Shown here: one piece after another, positions 29,528 through 41,577 of the stretch
How the letters are laid out: the number at the start of each line of letters is the position of its first letter
Numbering within the stretch: the stretch's first letter is position 1
Origin: Octopus sinensis
Lineage: Eukaryota
Reading direction: 5' to 3'
Length of the DNA: 64,000 nt
Assembly: GCF_006345805.1 (NCBI RefSeq)
Contig: NC_043018.1
Coordinates: 17,670,001-17,734,000 of the forward strand
Notes under the pieces: generated by a model
Told to the model about the DNA's origin: nothing
The model's database searches: none
What the model saw: only the letters and a program-made list of their open reading frames with translations
Position numbers and translations under genes: made by a program

Positions 29528-29856
29528 ATCAGTAATAACGGTCGATCATTTTTGTAATAAAACATCCTAAAAGAAACCTTCAACAAAATAATTTGTCGAT
29601 TCCGTTATATTAAAAGACAATTTTCATACTCTATCAACTGTTTCCATTGCCGTAGTTCTATATCATAAGGAATGTATTGCAGATTTAGCCCTAGCAGATT
29701 TTCTGAGAAATATGTAGCGTGTCCATCACGCAGAGGCATATACGCTGATATATAGATATACATACATACACACGCACATACATGCGCACACACAAATACA
29801 CACACTTACATGCATATGAGTTTTTGCATTCTCTCCCTGTGTTTTTTTTTCTCGTA

Positions 29857-29897
29857 TTCTTTTCTGGTGAAGAGCGTAGGCTCGAAACGTAAAATAA
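29857..29897 (+). ncRNA. Solo minimal hammerhead-like motif (A6>G variant)
   Basis: TTT-CTGGTGA-A-GAGC-GTAG-GCTC-GAAA-CG-TA/AAA. Perfect 4-bp stem II and loopless ACGT helix III; stem I is weak and there is one core substitution. Confidence 0.5.
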
Positions 29898-30252
29898 TTT
29901 TTCGTTTTCATTTCATTTTTTTAAGTCTAATTCTTACACCCTGTATGCCTAATGCCGAAGCATTAAATGACAGGCTCGTGCACAAACCGATGCTTGTTAT
30001 CACTCAGTGATGGGACAATGAATACGTGTGTGTGGAACTGTGTGTTTATGTCTGTAAGCGACAGGAATTCACACTCTGCCTCCGTCTCCCTAATACCTTG
30101 ACAAGCTATTACTGGGTTCCAGTTTATGGTAGAAGCACTTGCCTATAGATTTATATGCACGTACGTTTTGCATATGTATATATACACAGAGATACAAGTA
30201 TATATCGCTAGAGGTAGATAGATAGATTGATAGATAGATTGATAGATAGATT

Positions 30253-30286
<34 letters not shown>

Positions 30287-30670
30287 CACATTTAATGACC
30301 GTAGCATATTTAATAAGTTGTGAATATTGAAAATTTAAAGGCGTTATTTGTGGAATAATTTTCTTTGTTGAACTCAATCAATAATATGAATTCATGCTTC
30401 CTTTCCTACAGGCCCAATCGATATGCAGCCACATCAATAGTTCTTGCGACAACCGTATCCATTCTTTTATACACTCGACTGTATATAATTATATATCAAA
30501 TCCTTATAAAATATATTTACCTTTTGGTAACTTTATGTAAACAAGTATTATTCCTTCAATTTAATGAAAATGTCCTCTGGTAGCAATCTCTGCAAAAATA
30601 CACAACCGAATACAAGCACATATGCGCCGGGCGCAAACATGTATGTATATATATTTACACACACATATAT

Positions 30671-30715
<45 letters not shown>

Positions 30716-30895
30716 ATATATATATAATATGTTCATCACGACATGCACTCTGTGTACATGTACATATACACATACTCATACACATGCATACATAATTATG
30801 GTGGTAAAAAACAGGAAATTTTCTAATTGGTAAACTATATATGTGTATGTGTGCATGTTTGTAGTAGAGTGTTATAAACACTGGTAGTAAGATTG

Positions 30896-30933
<38 letters not shown>

Positions 30934-31721
30934 CTGTGTGTGTGTGTGTGTTTGTGTGGATGTGTGTATGTGTGTCTGTATGTAGATATATATATATATA
31001 TATTGAGAGAGACAGATAGACAGACATTGACAAACAGACAGATAGATTGAAAGATAGATAGACATCAGACTAACAGACTAACCGACATACATAGAGATAG
31101 AGAAAGGAGAGAGAGAGAGAGGGAGAGAGGAAGAGAGAGAGCGGGGTCAGCCAAACAGAAATAATGAAATGTGGGGAAACTGTTTCAGATAATAGTGAGG
31201 AACAGTGAGAGATGGGTTGGAATAAAATGGATATTTGAACTTTCTAGCGAAATGTTTATTATTCTGTGGACTGTGATCTGTTATCGGACTCAACAATAGA
31301 AATTAATGTTGTTCTCTGATTAATGAAGGTTATGAACATAAATATAATAAGCGAATCATTCAAAGCTGGATATGGTTTTATCTTGTATTTCACGTGTCCA
31401 AATATGAAATGCATTGAATTGTATTCGTTTTCTGATCGTAGAATCAAGTTTGACATTATTAGTTCTGTCCAATAATGTAAATCCTCACATAGAATTGGTT
31501 TCTTATAATTCTAATATTTATTACTAAATGTTGGGATCGATATCCTAAAGGTGATTTATGGGGCCACATTTAGACATCGTTATTTTGTTGATAGTATTTT
31601 GGCTCGAACGGAGATATATGATGATGACGACGACGACGACGATGATGATGATGATGATGTCATGATGATATTTTGTCATTCTTATTAAGAAAACATCTAA
31701 ATGAGATTATTCTTATAATTA

Positions 31722-31910
31722 TCGGGGCAGCGAGCTAGCAGTATCGTTAGATTGTTGGATGCGTTCTGATATCAAACTCTACCAGAATTAAATTTGCCTT
31801 TCATCCTTCACAGATTAATAAAATAAAGCAGCAGGCAAGTACTGGAATATGGCAGATCAAACTAAACTCCAACCCTCAAAATTGCTTGCCTTCAGCCAAG
31901 GTTTAAAACC
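31722..31910 (+). mobile_element. Old SINE family A-related copy running into (ATT)n
   Basis: GGCAGCGAGCTAGCAG head, TTTGCCTTTCATCCTTC domain, followed by an (ATT)n array at 31910-32185. Confidence 0.65.
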
Positions 31911-31928
31911 ATTATTATTATTATTATA

Positions 31929-32040
<112 letters not shown>

Positions 32041-32117
32041 CATCATTATTATCATTATTATTATCATTATTATTATCATTATTATTATTATCATTATTAT
32101 TATTATTTTTATTTTTA

Positions 32118-32154
<37 letters not shown>

Positions 32155-32364
32155 CTTCATCATCATCATCATCTGTATCATTATTACTTACTCTGGACTC
32201 ATATAAAGACTAATGTATCTTACCTTGCACTTGCGAAGAGATTTCATTTGTACAAATCGAAGTCTCGCGATATCTCCCTGCTATGATTGGAATACTATGC
32301 TCACAAGGGTTATAACTATCCCCCAATCAATCGAACAATTTATATATATATATGGGGGTTGTAT

Positions 32365-32786
32365 AATTTTAAATTAAGCAGTAAATTGCAAAATATTGAT
32401 CATCAACAACTGGCTAACATCAGTTATTACATTATAATAAAAACAGACTTATCCCATCTAACAGCCGTTTCTGCTCCCAATGTGCTACGGTATTGCCATT
32501 GAAAATTCTGAAAATAATATTCATCATATTTGTTAACACACTCGATCTGGAACATGTAGCTTCGTCAGAGTGAAGAAACATACATAGTGAAATTCCATGT
32601 TCCAGATCGGGTGTGTTACCAAATATGATAAATATTATTTTCAGAATTTTTAATAGCAATACCGGAGAACATTGGAAGCAGAAACAGCTGTAAGACGGGA
32701 TAATTCTGTTTTTATTATAAAGTAATAACTGATGTTAGCCAGTTGTAGTTGATCAATATTTTGCAATTTTCTGCTTAATTTAAATT
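32365..32786. repeat. Fold-back inverted repeat (~200-bp arms, ~15-nt loop) containing a long-stem-II hammerhead motif
   Basis: Left arm 32365-32568 is the diverged reverse complement of 32584-32786. Minus strand has CTGACGA (32568-32562) ... GAAAC-GGCT-GTT (32471-32460). Plus strand has GAAAC-AGCT-GTA (32681-32692). Confidence 0.85.
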
Positions 32787-33046
32787 TGATCCTTCATAAA
32801 CTCATGATTATCTTCGTTATTGCCTCTAAACTAAGAGCATAACATACTTGCATATGTATGTTCAGGGTTAACATATATAATTATACCGATAGTTGAACGG
32901 ATATTTTTATTCATTGAGTTATTCCAACATCTGACTCTACTAACAATGAAATATTGAATACAAGGCAAGTCTATATTTATTGACATACTTGATTTTTGTG
33001 ATTTACCTTGTATTTACTTCGAATTGGCCTCATCCACGATCGTTTA

Positions 33047-33089
<43 letters not shown>

Positions 33090-33097
33090 TACATATT

Positions 33098-33290
33098 AAG
33101 GTGGCAATCATGCACTATCGTTAGTTCGTCGGACAAAATGCTTAGACAAATTTTGTCCGTCTGTGTTCAAATTCTGACTAGGTTGTCTTTGCATTTCATC
33201 CCTTCAGGTTCGATAACAGGACTGCAGTCGATATAACCGACTTACGCCCCCTGACGTTGCTGAATTTTTCCGAAACTGTAAAATCCATCT
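33098..33290 (+). mobile_element. Old SINE family A-related copy
   Basis: AAGGTGGC head, GGACAAAATGCTTAG, GTTCAAATTC and TTTCATCCCTTCAGGTTCGATAA. Confidence 0.65.
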
Positions 33291-33339
33291 GTGTGTATAT
33301 ATATATAGTTAATTAAAAAACATTATTTAGCTTGTTTAT

Positions 33340-33642
33340 ATTATTTACATTCGACGGATATTTGTCCTCATCTTCTTTGTGGGTTTCTTGTTAACACAAC
33401 GTTGCGGCTGATACACCCTTCAGCCTTCTTCAGGTGTCTTGGTGAAACGTCGGACCTGGCTTCTCATTCCTAAAGCATTTTTCGGTGTTGTTATTATTAT
33501 TATGATTATTATTATTGTTGTTGTTGTTATTGTACAGGTCACTGCTTGGTATTAAATTCCGGAATCTTGGGGTTAGTAGATAATAATCCCAAGATTCCGA
33601 GTTCGATTCCAAGCAGTGACCTGAACAATAATAATAATAATG

Positions 33643-33717
<75 letters not shown>

Positions 33718-33855
33718 TCGAATAATACCTTAGGAATGAGAAGCCCTGTTCGAAATTTCCCCAAGACACTTGAAGAAGGCTGGAGGGTATATCAGCCGCA
33801 ACATTGTGTTAACCACAAACAAGATGAGGACAAATGTCCGTCGAATATAAATAAT
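33340..33855. mobile_element. Spacerless palindrome of a tRNA-headed, hammerhead-tailed element (head-to-head fold-back)
   Basis: Arms pair right to the centre at 33579/33580. Each arm reads: partial tRNA-like head (CCCAAGATTCCGAGTTCGATTCC, B-box), then (AAT)n, then GACAC-YTGAAGA-A-GGCTG..CAGCC-GCAA-CRTT-GTGTT, then an AT-rich tail. Confidence 0.85.
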
Positions 33856-34124
33856 GGGAATAATGTACATAATTTCTCATGTCTTAAATATAGAACGGAG
33901 AAAAAATACAAGAAAAAACAATGCGAGGACGTAGTAAATGGCAAGTGTTATTCAGATGCTCAGAGAAGGAAAAAAAGAGTGTTTGATTTACGTTTCGAGC
34001 ATAGCTCTTCTTCGGAAACAGGTGATAGATGAGGGTCAAGAAGAAAAGTAAGAAAAAGAGAGAACATCGCCACAGTCCACGTTTAGTTACGTATATATAT
34101 ATATATAATATATATATATATATA

Positions 34125-34353
34125 CAGGATTGGCCAAACGTCACCCGACAATAACTCAAAATTCCATAAATAACATCTGTAATTTTGTATTGACTCGAAG
34201 GGAAAAAATGTGTCACTCAATAAGAAGTTCAGATTTCATGATGTTTTATATTTAGATGCTTTCATTAAATTTATTCAGTTGTTAAACAAAAATAAATCTT
34301 AGAATTAAATGATTGATTTTGATTTACTCTCAGGTGACTTTGGGCCAGATCTG
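34125..34353. mobile_element. Tc1/mariner-type MITE (~230 bp)
   Basis: TA-flanked imperfect TIRs CAGGATTGGCCAAACGTCACCCGA and TCAGGTGACTTTGGGCCAGATCTG; non-coding AT-rich interior; embedded in (TA)n. Confidence 0.7.
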
Positions 34354-34734
34354 TATATATATAAACATACATGCATATATATATATATATATATATATAC
34401 AGAGAAAGATAGAGAGCGCGCGGGGGAATATATACAAATACCCATACACATATATGCAAAGCATTATACCCTTATATCTCCTTCTATTCTAATATTTTCC
34501 TATGTTTCAGACTCCTGTATCCTATATGCCTCCACCTTTCCTCGCTACCATTCTCTATTCCTCCCATTTTCTACTCTCCAATATTCTCATATATGCAATA
34601 CCTTCTGTTGATTCTTAACTAGAATATTTTACACAAGGAACGTTGGTTCCTTGTGCTCTTTCTATTTTTTCACGTGTAATATTTTAGTTGAACAAATCGA
34701 CCCTAGGATATATGTTTTACAGACTACTACTTAT

Positions 34735-34968
34735 TCCATCCGTGGTGGGCGATAAACAGACACATACACACAAATACACATACACTGGTATGTTTGTGTG
34801 TATATATATATACGTCGAGCTTCTTTTAAATCCTGTCTACAAATTCCACCCACAAGGCTTTGGTCGTCGCGACGCTATATTAGAAGACACTTCTCCAAGG
34901 TGTCACACTGTTGGATTGAACCCAGAGACATGTGGCTAAGAAATAAGTTTCTTAACACACAGTCACTG
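34735..34968 (-). mobile_element. SINE family C partial copy
   Basis: GTCTACAAATTCCACCCACAAGGCTTTGGTCG..GAAGACACTT..CCAAGGTG..GAACCC matches the reverse complement of 5528-5750. Confidence 0.8.
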
Positions 34969-34978
34969 TTTATATCTA

Positions 34979-35035
<57 letters not shown>

Positions 35036-35190
35036 GTCTGTCTATCTATCTCTCTCTCTATATATATATAAATATACAGAGAGAGAGAGAGAGGGAGAGA
35101 GACAGAGACAGAGAGAGAGGAACAGAGAGAGAGACAGAGAGAGACAGAGATATTACCGCGTGCCAATTTGTTGCAAGCTCTTGTGAATGA

Positions 35191-35919
35191 GTTAAGGCTT
35201 GTTCAAGAGATTTTACAATCTCTTGAACAAGCATCAAATTGTGTAGGTCTTTACCTCAATGAGGCCAAGACTGAATACATAAACACGTGCCTGTCCAACA
35301 GTGATTGTATCATCCATACTCTCAACAATGCGCCCTTAAATATGGTTTCTGATTACAAATATCTGGGGTCATACATATCATCATCTGGAAAATACTTTGT
35401 AACTAGAAAGGGTATGGCTTGGTCAGCCTGTAATGACATGCATAAGATCTGGTCATCAAATCTAAGTAGAGACTTCAAACCTAAAATCTTCAAAGCCACA
35501 GTCGAACCAATTCTACTATATGTCTCAGGAACCTGGACATTATCAAAGAAGTTTGAGAGGCGGTTGGATGGAACCTACACTCGCCTCCTTATGAGAGCTC
35601 AAAATCTCTCGTGGAAGCGCCATCCAACCAAGATGCAAATATATGGGAAACTACCACCTGTGTCATCTCTTGTGAAAGGTAAGAGAGTCCAGTTTGCTGG
35701 ACATTGTTGTAGAGCTGAAAAAGAGGTAATTTCTACTCTTCTCCTCTGGAAGCCATCTACTCGTAATACCAGAGAGCGCACACTCTCCTACCCTAATGTA
35801 ATCTCCAGGTATTCAGGCATCCAACAACAGCACCTCCGTAATGCCATGATGGACCGTAAAGTCTGGCGTAGCATGGTAAATTCCATTGTCTTGACCACGG
35901 TCGAACAATGATGATGATG
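35191..35919 (+). mobile_element. 5'-truncated RTE-clade LINE: C-terminal part of the RT ORF, (TGA)n tail, candidate 10-bp TSD
   Basis: ORF 35168-35911 contains GLYLNEAKTE, YKYLGS, ILLY..TWTL, FAGHCCR, LLWKP and MMDRKVWR. The stop is followed by TGATGATGATG. TTGTGAATGA occurs at both 35181-35190 and 35920-35929. Confidence 0.9.
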
Positions 35920-38900
35920 TTGTGAATGATTATTAAAAATATTTATTTCTAATAGTTTCATTTATTATGAATAACTATAAAAAAGTGAATCTAGTTTCTT
36001 TCCTTTATATCACCAACTGCCAATATACTTGTGCGTGTGGGTGGCTTTATATGTAATTAGATTTGTGCTTATATGAAAAAGGAACAATATTATGTTACAT
36101 TTATCAATTTAAAGAGACCATGATGCTCTCCTGACATCACACGAAATGCCTAAAGACATACAGAGCGTACACCAATGGTATTAAACATGTGTAATTTATG
36201 TACAGCCTGAAAAGAAATTCGTTTAGGAAAACATCACCAATTCTTTCAATTAACTATTTTCAAATCTCTAAAATTTCTTTCAAAAATTCTTTGAAAACCC
36301 CTGCTGAAAGCTGAGAAATGCTGCACTGAATGGTTTAAAGAATTGTTTGATTTATTTCTAAATAACAATATGATGCTTCCTGAGATCTTTCTACTTCACT
36401 TTTCACTTTTTTACATTTTCTGCCAAAATACAAAGCACACCCTTTTAATTAGGTCCAGCAAATATTATTTATCCGTATATCTTCAGTATTCTGGAAGCGA
36501 GAAAATTCTCACAAAGCTCTTCAGAACATTTTTATATATTTATTGATTTTTGTGCAACAAGCTTATTTCTTATTGATAGATGGTCGATTCAAAGGAAACA
36601 AATTTGTTGAAATAGTAATTTTTGAAAAGATTCAGATTAATTTTCATAATTCATCGCCTCGGCAATACTTATAAACGAAGGTAGGCATATATCTACAAGT
36701 TTAATGTATGTACAGATGTACGTAACGTTCTTGGAAGAATATTCATTTATGCATATATATACCCATAAAATCAGGAGTAATAAAAGCCGAATATATATTT
36801 AGTCACGTGAGCTCATTAGGATTACGGCAGCTTCGCAACTTTGTTTATATTGTATTAATTTCAGAATGAAAGAAATTGTGCGCACATATTTGTATTAACA
36901 TGTATGCCCAACATTATACAATGCAAATCTATATTCACAAATTAATGTAAATAAATCGAGTTAGCTCATCAGATCACCTGTAACGTGCAACTATGTGGTA
37001 CCTATTCTAACATCGTGTACTGACTTCAAATATCAATGGATTGAACTGTGGTGATAATCATTTAGCGACAATATAAATTCTTATTGATTTGAAGAGACGA
37101 TTGTTGTTATCTATTAAATCATGGGTTCAAATAATTGCATTGTTGTATCTGTTTCATTACTGTTAAGCGATAAGGACCTTCGAATGTCTGGGCGTCAGTT
37201 TTGCCTTGAAAAGATACCGCTGCTTGGGTAGCTTTCATACACTTGCACCTGCTCACACACATTTATACCCTCATAGGTTAGATAAATGATACTCATGTAA
37301 GTATGTATTTACACACATTCTATATATGTATCGAATCATTGATTCTTGTTGGCAATATTGTTCTTGTCTATTTTGTTTACTGTGGCGCTCTATTTTTACG
37401 TGTAGATTAATAAGATCGTGCAGGGAATATATGGCCTGTAGTAAGACTACTAGCTGTTATGTATTGAATAAATTAACATAAATTTGTTTGATGCAGTATT
37501 TCGAAATGATCTGTTATTTTCTTTTGCCGACGATTATTAGGAATGGATAAAATTAATTAATGCAGTAATTAGTACAATCGACAGTCCAGAATTTTCAAAT
37601 TAATTACGGGCTGTTTTGTGTTAATTTGGCTAGAATAGTCATATAATCATTAGGATTAAACTAGTTCATTTATGCCATATGTGCCGCCAGTGATTAGCTA
37701 CTCAGTTAATGAGCCAACTCAGTTAATGAACCACTAGATTCCTGAAACTCAAAGAAGTTAATTAGCGGTGTTCAGTAGGTCCTGTTTCATAAATTCTTGG
37801 ACTTTCGACGGCAACAATCATAAAGTAAGGATGTAATATAAACTAATACAGTTGAAGGAGGATATATAAATATATATGTGTTGTGTGTATATATGTGTGT
37901 GTGTACCGGAGTATGTAAGTACGTAATTATGTATGTATCAAGAGTGAAATGGGGAGGAAGAGACAGAGAGAGTTACATGTAGATAGACAGAACGAGCTGG
38001 AAAGAAGAGTCTATCTGTATATGTATATATATATATATACTAATGCATTAGGTATTTTAACGGAAACAGTTTTAGGTAATTCATTAATCATAGTGGTAGG
38101 AAAAGAAAAAGTGTTTTGGAAGGCAGTTTTGACGTAATTTATAGTAACTATAAGAGAAATATTATCTTGCAATAGGCTTTGTGCAACACTATGAGGACTT
38201 CCCTCAGAACTTTATTATGATGAAGACCAAAATAGTGGATTTTAATCACATTGTTGACGAAACACATCCACACACACAGATACACATACGTACACGCACA
38301 TACACACACAAACTGTAATCCACAAGAGTGACTCGACTGCTAGCAGTTTTGTGCTTTAAACGTGCAACGGAAGAAACCCCCAGGACATGACACACATGCG
38401 TAGCATTACAGTTACAATAATGGGAATAATGTGAATAAGTATTTTGATGCAGTCTGGAAAATAGATCATTGAACATATTGTTCAAATGTAGAATGCATTA
38501 GATATTTTCTCGTTAACGCATCGAGGCTCATATTTATATTGAGCCCATGAAAGATGTAGTAGGCGTATAAAAGCCGTTGCTGATATTCAATGTGAAATAG
38601 CATGAAATATAGCGAAAATCCTTAACAATCTTTGGACTTCTGAGAGATGTTTCGAACAAGCAGGCAGATACAGATCGATATCGTTTAAATTTTATATACA
38701 CATCCATTACATGTTTCATTTTCACTGCCATGAAAACGTAAGGGATGTTTTTTTTAAATACTTGATTAGGAAATCTAGTGAGGTCTGATGGTTCAGGATG
38801 AAATCTATACTTTGCGCAGATTAATTATAAAGAGAGATGCTTGTAGGGTGTAACGACGGTATAAACAGATACCCAGAGTAGGCGATCGGTGATATGTTGA

Positions 38901-39252
38901 CGGAGGAGATATGACAGGCATGGAACATACAGACGAACGAGTGGACTGCGGCATTTCATCCCAAATAAGACTTTAGAGAAAGGAAATATATTTCACACAG
39001 TTTCTATCAGATATGAATATGCATGGATTTACACTTTAATATATATATGTGTGTGTGTGTTTGTGTGCGTGTGAGTCTGCGTGTGTGTCTGCGTGCGTGT
39101 ATGTATATAAATATATATATATATGTATGTGTATATATATATATATATATATATTTTTATATATATATATATATATACACGCATATGCACATATATATGT
39201 ATTTATGTATATGCATATATGTACGCATATATGTGTGTAGAACAGTGAGAAT

Positions 39253-39285
<33 letters not shown>

Positions 39286-39742
39286 TGACTGATTGATTGA
39301 TAGATAAACTGTATATTATTTTATGGAGAGGAAAATAGACACAAATATATGTAATGAATGAAGAGATACCCAAGGTATGTCGCATCACATGAGTATTACT
39401 ATTGCTGACGCTCATGGTACAAATACAACCGTTTGTGCAACTAGAACAACCAACACTAATAATACTGTTAGTATATCTGTCTAGTACTAGTATCATTACT
39501 ATTAGTATGAAAGGTACATTGTTGTGCACTGTGAAAAAACCGCTAGAAATTCGCTCCTGGATATGCTGCTCGAATACGAAGATATAAACAAACACACCCA
39601 CCCACACACACAGAGAAACTAATACACATCCACACCCACCCACACACACAGAGAAACTAATACACACATACATACACACACACATATATATATATACATA
39701 TTTATAAATACATACACAAAAACACGAAAATATATATATATA

Positions 39743-39773
<31 letters not shown>

Positions 39774-41202
39774 TTAATGTTGATTGTTTGTAAATCACTC
39801 CATGGTCTAGCTTAAAGCTTGCAGGTATGCAAACACGTTCTTATTTATCTACGTTGCCAATAGTAAAATATAGAGTTTGTTTTCTATGCTAGCTTTTTTT
39901 TTATGAAGATTTCCCTTGGTTATAAAATTTTCTGATGTTACAAATATATGAATATTTGAAAATATTTGTTCCACGTAAATATTGGTACATTAAAGTGTCT
40001 AACTAGTAGAATTCATTTGATGGCTTCGATTACCAGATATCGATAAAAGCATCATAACTGTCTGAGAGATTTCTCTCCATTCTGAGGATTATAGTAATTG
40101 TTATTCTTCAGTGATCCGAATATATCTGGGATAACACACAAATGATTTGGATATGTCTGGATTCTGAAAAAGCAATTGTGCGCATACAAAGCAAAAAGAC
40201 ATCTGCAATTTTCATGGATGTAAAAACTTGTTAAAAATCAGCATCATAAAATTTGAGATGTTTGAGAATTTGAAAGGGTCGGAAATCTGGAAGGTTAACT
40301 TCACATAATAATTCCATGTTTCCTTCAATCTGAATAATTCACTCAAGCGCTAGTGTCCTTAATTTAGTCATTCAGTTCTTTCAAATTCTCTTAGAAAATA
40401 TTTTCTTCATTCTATTCACATTTTCTTGACGATTGCACAAGCCTAAACTTATCGCTTTCCTCTACAATTTTCAGTTTATAAAAGATATCGATAAAAAATT
40501 GGTATTAAAGTTGAATTAAGTTATGCTAACCAGAAGAAATTCACACATAACAATCTTCAACTTACTGTGCCGACCACTATTATCTTAAACGGTGTAAGAT
40601 GAAACGGGGAACCAACAAAACACTATTGCCGGAATTAGTTCAAATATTGACAAATGCATGGCTAAAGGCCTTGTACCTTGCAACAGAATGAAAAAAAAAA
40701 TGATCGTTAATCTGCCTGTAATACATCTCAAGAACGTCACATCATAGGCTGACATATGGATATGGAAACGGCTGACTTAGAACTTTGCAAAAAACAATGT
40801 CGTAGATAGAGATGTTATATACCGGTGTGAATTAAATAAACACACACGTGAATATATGCATACATACACATTATGTATGTATATAAATTGCACGTAACTT
40901 ATACACTCATTTGTTATTATATAAATATTTTCATATATGTATATGTATATATATATATATGTACATTATATATATATATACGTTATTTATATATATACAT
41001 AATACATATGTGTACATTTATATATATATATATAATATATATATATATGTATATATATACATGTATACATATATGTATATATACATATATACAAGTATGT
41101 ATGTATATTCTTTTTTTATGTATATACATATAGGCTCTATGTCTAATATATATATTTTCTGTCGTCGGTCATTTCATGTAAGCACATATACATATATATA
41201 TA

Positions 41203-41311
<109 letters not shown>

Positions 41312-41577
41312 ATATATATATATACATATATATATACATATAGATGTATATGCATGTATTCAGTTTTTTCTGTACGTATGTTATCCCAATCCAAGCAATT
41401 TTTTTAGAACTTTGCCTTCGAAAAACACCATTGGCTTGGGGTCGGTTTAACAAGAATATTTCAAGAGTCGATGCCAAACATGCCATTTCTTAACTTACTC
41501 TAGTATATCATCATTATAATCGTTAAGCAGACTTTGAAGCCCTCTCACTTGAAAATCGGAAACACAGAACTTCCTCT

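Noticed and set aside
40075-40135. CTGA-GGAT...ATCC-GAA degenerate hammerhead-like string
   Set aside because: It needs several indels in the core to fit, so it cannot be supported.
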